Positions 13,901 to 27,500 of a stretch of 64,000 nt of DNA are shown here, piece after piece (within the stretch, counting starts at the first letter, position 1; each line of letters begins with the position of its first letter). The notes below the pieces were generated by a model that did no database searches, had not been told where the DNA came from, and was given only the letters and a program-made list of their open reading frames with translations. Source of the stretch: Eledone cirrhosa (lineage: Eukaryota); NCBI GenBank assembly GCA_964016885.1, contig OZ024744.1:10602001-10666000 (forward strand), written 5' to 3'. Position numbers and translations under genes: made by a program.

Positions 13901-16900
13901 ATGTTCTGTTGTTGTACCCCAATATATTGTGTTGTTGTACTCCAATATGTCGTGTTGTTGTACTCCAATATGTCGTGTTTTTGTACTCCAATATGTTGTG
14001 TTGTTGTACTCCAATATGTTGTGTTGTTGTACTCCAATATGTTGTGTTGCTATACTCCAATATGTTATGTTGTTGTACTCCAATATGTCATGTTGTTGTA
14101 CTCCAATATGTTTTGACGTTGTACTCCAATATGTTGTGTTGTGTACTCCAATATGGTTTGATGTTGTACTCCAATATGTTGTGTTGTTGTACTCCAATAT
14201 GCTGTGTAGTCGTACTCCAATATGTTGTGTTGTTGTACTCCAATATGCTGTGATGTTGTACTCCAATATGATGTGCTGTCGTACTCCAATGCATTGTGTT
14301 GTTGTACTCCAATATGCTGTGTTGTTATACTCCAATATGTTGTGTTGTTGTACTCCAATATGTTGTGTTGTTGTACTCCAATATGTTGTGTTGTTGTAAT
14401 CCAATATCTTGTGCTGTTATACTCCAATATGTTGTGCTGTTGTACTCCAATATGTTGAGTTGTTATACTCCAATATGTAGTGTTGTTATACTCCAATATG
14501 TTGTGTTGTTGTACTCCAATCTGTTGCGTTATACTCCAATATGTTGTGTTGTTATACTCCAATATGTTGTGTTGTTATACTCCAATATGTTGTGTTGTTT
14601 TACTCCAATATGTTGTATTGTTGATCTCCAATATGTCATATTATACTCCAATAAGTTGTGTTCTTGTACTCCAATATGTGTTGTTGTTGTACTCCAATAT
14701 GTTGCGTTGTTGTACTCCAATATATCATGTTGTCGTACTCCAATATGTCATGTTATACTCCAATATGTTTTGATGCTGTACTCCAATATGTTGTGTTGTT
14801 GTACTACAATATGTTGTGTTGTTGTACTCCAATATGTTGTGTTGTTATACTCCAATATGTTGTGCTGTTGTACTCCAATATGTTGTGTTGTTATACTCCA
14901 ATATGTAGTGTTGTTATACTCCAATATGTTGTGTTGTTGTACTCCAATCTGTTGTGTTGTTATACTCCAATATATTGTGTTGTTATACTCCAATATGTTG
15001 TGTTGTTTTACTCCAATATGTTGTGTTGTTGTACTCCAATATGCTGTATTGTTGTTCTCCAATATGTCATGTTATACTCCAATAAGTTGTGTTCTTGTAC
15101 TCCAATATGTTGTGTTGTTGTACTCCAATATGTTGTGTTGTTGTACTCCAATATATCACGTTGTCGTACTCCAATATGTCATGTTATACTCCAATATGTC
15201 GTTGTTATACTCCAATAGGTCATGATGTTGTACTCCAATATGTCGCGTTGTCGTACTCCAATATGTTGTGTTGTACTCCAATATGTTGTGCTGTTGTACT
15301 CCAATATGTTGTGTTGTTGTACTCCAATATGTTGTGTTGTTATACTCCAATATGTTGTGCTGTTGTACTCCAATATTTCGAGTTGTTGTACTCCAATACG
15401 TCGTGTTGTACTCCAATATGTTGTATTGTTATACTCCAATATGTTATGTTGTTGTACTCCAATATGCCTTGTTGTTGTACTCCAATATGTTTTGATGTTG
15501 TACTCCAATATGTTGTGTTGTTGTACTCCAATATGTTTTGATGTTGTACTCCAATATGTTGTGTTGTTGTACTCCAATATGTTGTGTAGTCGTACTCCAA
15601 TATGTTGCGTTGTTGTACTCTAATGTGTTGTGTTGTTATTCTCCAATATGTTGTGATGTTGTACTCCAATGCGTTGTGTTGTTGTACTCCAATGTGATGT
15701 GTTGTTATTCTCCAATATGTTGTGCTGTTGTACTCCAATGTGTTGTGTTGTTATACTCCAATATGTTGTGTTGATTTACTCCAATATGTTGTGTTGTTGT
15801 ACTCCAATCTGTTGTGTTGTTATACTCCAATGTGTTGTGTTGTTATACTCCAATATGTTGTGTTGTTGTACTCCAATATGTTGTATTGTTTTTTCCAATA
15901 TGTCATGTTATACTCCAATATGTTGTGTTCGTGTACTCCAATATATTGTGTTATTGTACTCCAATATGTTGCGTTGTTGTACTCCAATATGTTGTGTTGT
16001 TATACTCCAATATGTTGTGTTGTTGTACTCCAATATGTTGTCTTGTTGTACTCCAAAAGGCCATGTTATCGTACTCCAATATGTCTTGTTATACTCCAAT
16101 ATGTCGTGTGGCTGTACTCCAATATGTCATGTTGTTGTACTCCAATATGTCTTGTTATAGTCCAATATGTCGTGTTGTTGTACTCCAATATGTCATGTAG
16201 TTGTATTCCAATATTTCGTGTTGTTGTACCCCAATATGTCGTGTTGTTTATACTCCAATATGTTTTGCTGTTGTACTCCAATATGTTGTGTTGCTGTACT
16301 CCAATATGTTGTGTTGTTATTCTCCAATATGTTGTGCTGTTGTACTCCAATGTGTTATGTTGTTATACTCCAATATGTTGTGCTGTGCTACTCCAATATA
16401 TTGTGTTGTTGTACTCCAATGTGTTGTGTTGTTATACTCCAATATGTTGTGTTGATTTACTCCAATATGTTGTGTTGTTGTACTCCAATCTGTTGTGTTG
16501 TTATACTCCAATATGTTGTGTTGTTATACTCCAATATGTTGTGTTGTTTTACTCCAATATGTTGTGTTGTTGTACTCCAATATGTTGTGTTGTTGTACTC
16601 CAATATGTTGTGTTGTTGTAATCCAATATCTTGTGTTGTTATACTCCAATATGTTGTGTTGTTGTACTCCAATATGTTGTGTTGTTATACTCCAATATGT
16701 TGTGTTGTGATACTCCAATATGTTGTGTTGTTGTACTCCAATATGTTGTGTTGTTATACTCCAATATGTTGTGTTATTTTACTCCAATATGTTGTGTTGT
16801 TGTACTCCAATATGTTGTATTGTTGTTCTCCAATATGTCATGTTATACTCCAATAAGTTGTGTTCTTGTACTCCAATATGTTGTGTTGTTGTACTCTAAT

Positions 16901-18564
16901 ATATCATGTTGTCGTACTCTAATATGTCATGTTATACTCCAATATGTCGTTGTTGTACTCCAATATGTTGTGTTGTTATTCTCCAATATGTTGTGCTGTT
17001 GTACTCCAATGTGTTATGTTGTTATACTCCAATATGTTGTGCTGTGCTACTCCAATATGTTGTGTTGTTGTACTCCAATATGCTGTGTTGTTATACTCCT
17101 ATATGTTGTGCTGTTGTACTTCAATATGTTGTGTTCTACTCCAATATGTTGTGTTGTTACACTCCAATATGTTGTGCTGTGCTACTCCAATATATTGTGT
17201 TGTTGTACTCCAATGTGTTGTGTTGTTATACTCCAATATGTTTTGATGTTGTACTGCAATATGTCGTGTTGTTGTACTCCAATATGTCGTGTGGCTGTAC
17301 TCCAATATGTCATGTTGTTGTACTCCAATATGTCGTTGTTATACTCCAATATGTCATGTTACTGTACTCCAACATGTCGTGTTGTAGTACTCCAATATGT
17401 GTTGATGTTGTACTCCAATATGTTGTGTTGTTGTACTCCAATGTGTTGTGTTGTTGTACTCCAATATGTTGTGTTGTTGTACTCCAATATGTTGTGTTGT
17501 TATACTCCAATATGTTGTGCTGTTGTACTCCAATATGTCATGTTGTTGTACTCCGATATTTCGTGTTGTTCTACTCCAATATTTCGTGTTGTTGTACTCC
17601 AATATGTCGTGGTGTTGTACTCCAATATGTTTTGATGTTGTACTGCAATATGTCGTGTTGTTGTACTCCAATATGTTGTGTTGTTGTACTCCAATATGCT
17701 GTGTTGTTATACTCCTATATGTTGTGCTGTTGTACTTCAATATGTTGTGTTCTACTCCAATATGTTGTGTTGCTGTACTCCAATATGTTGTGTTGTTGTA
17801 CTCCAATATGTGATGTTGTTGTACTCCAATATGTCGTATTGTTGTACTCCAATATATTGTGTTGTTATACTCCAATATTTCGTGTTGTTTTAGTCCAATA
17901 TGTCATGTTGTTTTACTACAATATTTCGTGTTGTTGTACTCCAATATGTCGTGGTGTTGTACTCCAATATGTTTTGATGTTGTACTCCAATATGTCGTGT
18001 TGTTGTACTCCAATATGTTGTGTTGTTGTTCTCCAATATGTCGTGTTGTTATACTCCAATATGTTATGATGTTGTACTCCAATATATTGTGTTGCTGTAC
18101 TCCAATATGTTGTGTCGTTGTACTCCAATATGTTGTGTTGTTGTACTCCAATATGTTGTGTTGTTGTACTACAATATGTTGTGTTGTTGTACTCCAATAT
18201 GTTGTGTTGTTGTACTCCAATATGTTGTGTTGTTGTACTCCAATATGTTGTGTTGTTGTACTCCAATAGGTTGTGTTGTTATACTCCAATATGTTGTGCT
18301 GTTGTACTCCAATATTTCGTGTTGTTGTACTCCAATACGTCGTGTTGTTGTACTCCAATATGTTTTGATGTTGTACTCCAATATGTTGTGTTGTTGTACT
18401 CCAATATGTTTTGATGTTGTACTCCAATATGTTGTGTTGTTGTACTCCAATATGTTTTGATGTTGTACTCCAATATGTTGTGTTGTTGTACTCCAATATG
18501 TTGTGTAGTCGTACTCCAATATGTTGTGTTGTTGTACTCCAATATGCTGTGATGTTGTACTCCA
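7906..18564 (+). repeat. Higher-order macro-unit copy 2 (~10.66 kb)
   Basis: Same start landmark. 10.06-11.85 kb matches copy 3 at offset 10337, 12.4-15.87 kb at offset 10042, and 15.87-18.5 kb at offsets 12440/12532 (paired, near-identical ORFs). Confidence 0.8.
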
Positions 18565-21500
18565 ATGCGTTGTATTGTTATACTCCAATGTGATGTGTTG
18601 TTGTACTCCAATATGGTGTGCCGTTGTACTCCAATATTTTTTATTTTTGTACTCCAATATGTTGTGTTGTTATACTCCAATATGTTGTGTTGTTATACTC
18701 CAATATGTTGTGCTGTTATACTCCAATATGTTGTGCTGTTGTACTCCAAATCTCGTGTTGTTATACTCCAATGTGTTGTGTTGTTATACTCCAATATGGT
18801 GTGTTGTTGTACTCCAATATGTTGTATTGTTTTTTTCCAATATGTCATGTTATACTCCAATATGTTGTGTTCGTGTACTCCAATATGTTGTGTTACTGTA
18901 CTCCAATATGTTGCGTTGTTGTACTCCAATATGTTGTGTTGTTATACTCCAATATGTTGTGTTGTTGTACTCCAATATGTTGTCTTGTTGTACTCCAAAA
19001 GGCCATGTTATCGTACTCCAATATGTCTTGTTATACTCCAATATGTCGTGTGGCTGTACTCCAATATGTCATGTTGTTGTACTCCAATATGTCGTGTTGT
19101 TTATACTCCAATATGTTTTGCTGTTGTACTCCAATATGTTGTGTTGCTGTACTCCAATATGTTGTGTTGTTATTCTCCAATATGTTGTGCTGTTGTACTC
19201 CAATGTGTTATGTTGTTATACTCCAATATGTTGTGCTGTGCTACTCCAATATATTGTGTTGTTGTACTCCAATGTGTTGTGTTGTTATACTCCAATATGT
19301 TGTGTTGTTGTACTCCAATATGTTGTGTTGTTATACTCCAATATGTTGTGTTGTGATACTCCAATATGTTGTGTTGTTGTACTCCAATATGTTGTGTTGT
19401 TATACTCCAATATGTTGTGTTATTTTACTCCAATATGTTGTGTTGTTGTACTCCAATATGGTGTATTGTTGTTCTCCAATATGTCATGTTATACTCCAAT
19501 AAGTTGTGTTCTTGTACTCCAATATGTTGTGTTGTTGTACTCTAATATATCATGTTGTCGTACTCTAATATGTCATGTTATACTCCAATATGTCGTTGTT
19601 ATACTCCAATATGTCATGTTGTTGTACTCCAATATGTCGTATTGTTGTACTCCAATATGTTTTGATGTTGTACTCCAATATGTTGTGTTGTTGTACTCCA
19701 ATATGTTGTGTAGTCGTACTCCAATATGTTGTATTGTTATACTCCAATATGTTGTGCTGTTGTACTCCAATATGTTCTGTTGTTGTACTCCAATATATTG
19801 TGTTGATGTACTCCAATATGTCGTGTTGTTGTACTCCAATATGTTGTGTTGTTGTACTCCAATATGTTATGTTGTTGTACTCCAATATGTTGTGTTGTTA
19901 TACTCCAATATGTTTTGATGTTGTACTCCAATATGTTGTGTTGTTGTACTCCAATATGTTGTGTAGTCGTACTCCAATATGTTGTGTTGCTGTACTCCAA
20001 TATGATGTGATGTTGTACTCCAATATGATGTGCTGTTGTACTCCAATGCGTTTTGTTGTTGTACTCCAATATGCTGTGTTGTTATACTCCAATATGTTGT
20101 GTTGTTGTACTCCAATATGTTGTGTTGTTGTACTCCAATATGTTGTGTTGTTGTAATCCAATATCTTGTGTTGTTATACTCCAATATGTTGTGCTGTTGT
20201 ACTCCAATATGTTGAGTTGTTATACTCCAATATGTAGTGTTGTTATACTCCAATATGTTGTGTTGTTGTACTCCAATCTGTTGCGTTATACTCCAATATG
20301 TTGTGTTGTTATACTCCAATATGTTGTGTTGTTTTACTCCAATATGTTGTATTGTTGATCTCCAATATGTCATATTATACTCCAATAAGTTGTGTTCTTG
20401 TACTCCAATATGTGTTGTTGTTGTACTCCAATATGTTGCGTTGTTGTACTCCAATATATCATGTTGTCGTACTCCAATATGTCATGTTATACTCCAATAT
20501 GTCGTTGTTATACTCCAATAGGTCATGATGTTGTACTCCAATATTTCGCGTTGTCGTACTCCAATATGTTGTGTTGTACTCCAATATGTTGTGCTGTTGT
20601 ACTCCAATATGTTGTGTTGTTGTACTCCAATATGTTGTGTTGTTATACTCCAATATGTTGTGCTGTTGTACTCCAATATTTCGTGTTGTTGTACTCCAAT
20701 ACGTCGTGTTGTACTCCAATATGTTGTATTGTTATACTCCAATATGTTATGTTGTTGTACTCCAATATGTCTTGTTGTTGTACTTCAATATGTTTTGATG
20801 TTGTACTCCAATATGTTGTGTTGTTGTACTCCAATATGTTTTGATGTTGTACTCCAATATGTTGTGTTGTTGTACTCCAATATGTTGTGTAGTCGTACTC
20901 CAATATGTTGCGTTGTTGTACTCTAATGTGTTGTGTTGTTATTCTCCAATATGTTGCGATGTTGTACTCCAATGCGTTGTGTTGTTGTACTCCAATGTGA
21001 TGTGTTGTTATACTCCAATATGTTGTGCTGTTGTACTCCAATATTTTTTGTTTTTTGTACTCCAATATGTTGTGTTGTTATACTCCAATATGTTGTGTTA
21101 TTATACTCCAATATGTTGTGCTGTTGTACTCCAAATCTCGTGTTGTTATACTCCAATGTGTTGTGTTGTTATACTCCAATATGGTGTGTTGTTGTACTCC
21201 AATATGTTGTATTGTTTTCTCCAATATGTCATGTTATACTCCAATATGGTGTGTTCGTGTACTTCAATATGTTGTGTTATTGTACTCCAATATGTTGCGT
21301 TGTTGTACTCCAATATGTTGTGTTGTTATACTCCAATATGTCATGTGGCTGTACTCCAATATGTCATGTTGTTGTACTCCAATATGTCTTGTTATAGTCC
21401 AATATGTCGTGTTGTTGTACTCCAATATATCATGTAGTTGTACTCCAATATTTCGTGTTGTTGTACCCCAATATGTAGTGTTGTTTATACTCCAATATGT

Positions 21501-24500
21501 TTTGCTGTTGTACTCCAATATGTTGTGTTGCTGTACTCCTATATGTTGTGTTGTTATTCTCCAATATGTTGTGCTGTTGTACTCCAATGTGTTGTGTTGT
21601 TATACTCCAATATGTTGTGTTGATTTACTCCAATATGTTGTGTTGTTGTACTCCAATCTGTTGTGTTGTTATACTCCAATGTGTTGTGTTGTTATACTCC
21701 AATATGTTGTGTTGTTGTAGTCCAATATGTTGTGTTGTCGTACTCCAATATGTTGTGTTGTTATACTCCAATATTTCGTGTGGTTGTACTCCAATATGTC
21801 ATGGTGTTGTACTTCAATATGTCGTGTTGTTTTACTCCAATATGTTGTCTTGCTGTACTCCAATCTGTTGTATTGTTGTACTTCAATATGTTCTGTTGTT
21901 GTACTCCAATATATTGTGTTGTTGTACTCCAATATGTTGTGTTGTTGTACTCCAATATGCTGTGTTGTTGTACTCCAATATGTTGTGTTGTTATACTCCA
22001 ATATGTTGTGTTGTTGTACTCCAATATCTTGTGTTGTTATACTCCAATATGTTGTGTTGTTATACTCCAATATGTTGTGTTGTTGTACTCCAATATATTG
22101 TGCTGTTGTACTCCAATATGATGTGCTGTTATACTCCAATATGTTGTGTTGTTGTACTCCAATATGTTGTGTTGTTGTACTCCAATATGTTGTATTGTTG
22201 TTCTCCAATATGTCATGCTATACTCCAATAAGTTGTGTTCTTGTACTCCAATGTGTTTTGTTGTTGTACTCCAATATGTTGTGTTGTTGTACTCCAATAT
22301 ATCATGTTGTCGTACTCCAATATGTCATGTTATACTCCAATATGTCGTTGTTATACTCCAATATGTCATGTTGCTGTACTCCAACATGTCGTGTTGTAGT
22401 ACTCCAATATGTGTTGATGTTGTACTCCAATATGTTGTGTTGTTGTACTCCAATATGTTGTGTTGTTGTACTCCAATATGTTGTGTTGTTATACTCCAAT
22501 ATGTTGTGCTGTTGTACTCCAATATGTCATGTTGTTGTACTCCGATATTTCGTGTTGTTCTACTCCAATATTTCGTGTTGTTGTACTCCAATATGTCGTG
22601 GTGTTGTACTCCAATATGTTTTGATGTTGTACTCCAATATGTCGTGTTGTTGTACTCCAATATGTTGTGTTGTTGTACTCCAATATGCTGTGTTGTTATA
22701 CTCCTATATGTTGTGCTGTTGTACTCCAATATGTTGTGTTGTTGTACTCCAATATGTTGTGTTGTTGTACTCCAATATGTTGTGTTGTTGTACTCCAATA
22801 TGTGATGTTGTTGTACTCCAATATGTCGTATTGTTGTACTCCAATATATTGTGTTGTTATACTCCAATATTTCGTGTTGTTTTAGTCCAATATGTCATGT
22901 TGTTTTACTCCAATATTTCGTGTTGTTGTACTCCAATATGTCATGGTGTTGTACTTGAATATGTCGTATTGTTGTACTCCAATATGTTGTGTTGTTGTTC
23001 TCCAATATGTCGTGTTGTTATACTCCAATATGTTATGATGTTGTACTCCAATATATTGTGTTGTTGTACTCCAATATGTTGTGTTGCTGTACTCCAATAT
23101 GTTGTGTCGTTGTACTCCAATATGTCTTGTTATAGTCCAATATGTCGTGTTGTTGTACTCCAATATGTTATGTAGTAGTAGTCCAATATTTCGTGTTGTT
23201 GTACCCCAATATGTCGTGTTGTTTATACTCCAATATGTTTTGCTGTTGTACTCCAATATGTTGTGTTGCTGTACTCCAATATGTTGTGTTGTTATTCTCC
23301 AATATGTTGTGCTGTTGTACTCCAATGTGTTATGTTGTTATACTCCAATATGTTGTGCTGTGCTACTCCAATATATTGTGTTGTTGTACTCCAATGTGTT
23401 GTGTTGTTATACTCCAATATGTTGTGTTGACTTACTCCAATATGTTGTGTTGTTGTACTCCAATCTGTTGTGTTGTTATACTCCAATATGTTGTGTTGTT
23501 ATACTCCAATATGTTGTGTTGTTTTACTCCAATATGTTGTGTTGTTGTACTCCAATATGTTGTGTTGTTGTACTCCAATATCTTGTGTTGTTGTAATCCA
23601 ATATCTTGTGTTGTTATACTCCAATATGTTGTGTTGTTGTACTCCAATATGTTGTGTTGTTATACTCCAATATGTTGTGTTGTGATACTCCAATATGTTG
23701 TGCTGTTGTACTCCAATATGTTGTGTTGTTATACTCCAATATGTTGTGTTGTTTTACTCCAATATGTTGTGTTGTTGTACTCCAATATGTTGTGTTGTTG
23801 TACTCCAATATATCATGTTGTCGTACTCCAATATGTCATGTTATACTCCAATATGTCGTTGTTATACTCCAATATGTCATGTTGTTGTACTCCAATATGT
23901 CGTATTGTTGTACTACAATATGTTTTGATGTTGTACTCCAATATGTTCTGTTGTTGTACTCCAATATATTGTGTTGTTGTACTCCAATATGTCGTGTTGT
24001 TGTACTCCAATATGTCGTGTTTTTGTACTCCAATATGTTGTGTTGTTGTACTCCAATATGTTGTGTTGTTGTACTCCAATATGTTGTGTTGCTATACTCC
24101 AATATGTTATGTTGTTGTACTCCAATATGTCATGTTGTTGTACTCCAATATGTTTTGATGTTGTACTCCAATATGTTGTGTTGTGTACTCCAATATGGTT
24201 TGATGTTGTACTCCAATATGTTGTGTTGTTGTACTCCAATATGCTGTGTAGTCGTACTCCAATATGTTGTGTTGTTGTACTCCAATATGCTGTGATGTTG
24301 TACTCCAATATGATGTGCTGTTGTACTCCAATGCATTGTGTTGTTGTACTCCAATATGCTGTGTTGTTATACTCCAATATGTTGTGTTGTTGTACTCCAA
24401 TATGTTGTGTTGTTGTACTCCAATATGTTGTGTTGTTGTAATCCAATATCTTGTGCTGTTATACTCCAATATGTTGTGCTGTTGTACTCCAATATGTTGA

Positions 24501-27500
24501 GTTGTTATACTCCAATATGTAGTGTTGTTATACTCCAATATGTTGTGTTGTTGTACTCCAATCTGTTGCGTTATACTCCAATATGTTGTGTTGTTATACT
24601 CCAATATGTTGTGTTGTTATACTCCAATATGTTGTGTTGTTTTACTCCAATATGTTGTATTGTTGATCTCCAATATGTCATATTATACTCCAATAAGTTG
24701 TGTTCTTGTACTCCAATATGTGTTGTTGTTGTACTCCAATATGTTGCGTTGTTGTACTCCAATATATCATGTTGTCGTACTCCAATATGTCATGTTATAC
24801 TCCAATATGTTTTGATGCTGTACTCCAATATGTTGTGTTGTTGTACTACAATATGTTGTGTTGTTGTACTCCAATATGTTGTGTTGTTATACTCCAATAT
24901 GTTGTGCTGTTGTACTCCAATATGTTGTGTTGTTATACTCCAATATGTAGTGTTGTTATACTCCAATATGTTGTGTTGTTGTACTCCAATCTGTTGTGTT
25001 GTTATACTCCAATATATTGTGTTGTTATACTCCAATATGTTGTGTTGTTTTACTCCAATATGTTGTGTTGTTGTACTCCAATATGCTGTATTGTTGTTCT
25101 CCAATATGTCATGTTATACTCCAATAAGTTGTGTTCTTGTACTCCAATATGTTGTGTTGTTGTACTCCAATATGTTGTGTTGTTGTACTCCAATATATCA
25201 TGTTGTCGTACTCCAATATGTCATGTTATACTCCAATATGTCGTTGTTATACTCCAATAGGTCATGATGTTGTACTCCAATATGTCGCGTTGTCGTACTC
25301 CAATATGTTGTGTTGTACTCCAATATGTTGTGCTGTTGTACTCCAATATGTTGTGTTGTTGTACTCCAATATGTTGTGTTGTTATACTCCAATATGTTGT
25401 GCTGTTGTACTCCAATATTTCGAGTTGTTGTACTCCAATACGTCGTGTTGTACTCCAATATGTTGTATTGTTATACTCCAATATGTTATGTTGTTGTACT
25501 CCAATATGCCTTGTTGTTGTACTCCAATATGTTTTGATGTTGTACTCCAATATGTTGTGTTGTTGTACTCCAATATGTTTTGATGTTGTACTCCAATATG
25601 TTGTGTTGTTGTACTCCAATATGTTGTGTAGTCGTACTCCAATATGTTGCGTTGTTGTACTCTAATGTGTTGTGTTGTTATTCTCCAATATGTTGTGATG
25701 TTGTACTCCAATGCGTTGTGTTGTTGTACTCCAATGTGATGTGTTGTTATTCTCCAATATGTTGTGCTGTTGTACTCCAATGTGTTGTGTTGTTATACTC
25801 CAATATGTTGTGTTGATTTACTCCAATATGTTGTGTTGTTGTACTCCAATCTGTTGTGTTGTTATACTCCAATGTGTTGTGTTGTTATACTCCAATATGT
25901 TGTGTTGTTGTAGTCCAATATGTTGTGTTGTCGTACTCCAATATGTTGTGTTGTTATACTCCAATATTTCGTGTGGTTGTACTCCAATATGTCATGGTGT
26001 TGTACTTCAATATGTCGTGTTGTTTTACTCCAATATGTTGTCTTGCTGTACTCCAATCTGTTGTATTGTTGTACTTCAATATGTTCTGTTGTTGTACTCC
26101 AATATATTGTGTTGTTGTACTCCAATATGTTGTGTTGTTGTACTCCAATATGCTGTGTTGTTGTACTCCAATATGTTGTGTTGTTATACTCCAATATGTT
26201 GTGTTGTTGTACTCCAATATCTTGTGTTGTTATACTCCAATATGTTGTGTTGTTATACTCCAATATGTTGTGTTGTTGTACTCCAATATGTTGTGCTGTT
26301 GTACTCCAATATGATGTGCTGTTATACTCCAATATGTTGTGTTGTTGTACTCCAATGTGTTGTGTTGTTGTACTCCAATATGTTGTGCCGTTGAACTCCA
26401 ATATTTTTTTGTTTTTGTACTCCAAAATGTTGTGTTGTTATACTCCAATATGTTGTGTTGTTATACACCAATGTGGTGTGCTGTTGTAATCCAATATGTT
26501 ATGTTGTACTCCAATATGTTGTGTTGTTATACTCCAATATGTAGTGTTGTTATACTCCAATATGTTGTGTTGTTGTACTCCAATCTGTTGTGTTATACTC
26601 CAATATGTTGTGTTGTTATACTCCAATATGTTGTGTCGTTATACTCCAATATGTTGTGTTGTTTTACTCCAATATGTTGTGTTGTTGTACTCCAATATGT
26701 TGTATTGTTGTTCTCCAATATGTCATGCTATACTCCAATAAGTTGTGTTCTTGTACTCCAATATGTTTTGTTGTTGTACTCCAATATGTTGTGTTGTTGT
26801 ACTCCAATATATCATGTTGTCGTACTCCAATATGTCATGTTATACTCCAATATGTCGTTGTTATACTCCAATATGTCATGTTACTGTACTCCAACATGTC
26901 GTGTTGTAGTACTCCAATATGTTGTGTTGTTGTACTCCAATATGTTGTGTTGTTGTACTCCAATATGTTGTGTTGTTGTACTCCAATATGTTGTGTTGTT
27001 GTACTCCAATATGTTGTGTTGTTATACTCCAATATGTTGTGCTGTTGTACTCCAATATGTCATGTTGTTGTACTCCGATATTTCGTGTTGTTCTACTCCA
27101 ATATTTCGTGTTGTTGTACTCCAATATGTCGTGGTGTTGTACTCCAATATGTTTTGATGTTGTACTGCAATATGTCGTGTTGTTGTACTCCAATATGTTG
27201 TGTTGTTGTACTCCAATATGCTGTGTTGTTATACTCCTATATGTTGTGCTGTTGTACTTCAATATGTTGTGTTCTACTCCAATATGTTGTGTTGTTATAC
27301 TCCAATATGTTGTGTTGCTGTACTCCAATATGTTGTGTTGTTGTACTCCAATATTTCGTGTTGTTTTAGTCCAATATGTCGTGTTGTTTTACTCCAATAT
27401 ATTGTGTTGTTATACTCCAATATTTCGTGTTGTTTTAGTCCAATATGTCATGTTGTTTTACTCCAATATTTCGTGTTGTTGTACTCCAATATGTCGTGGT

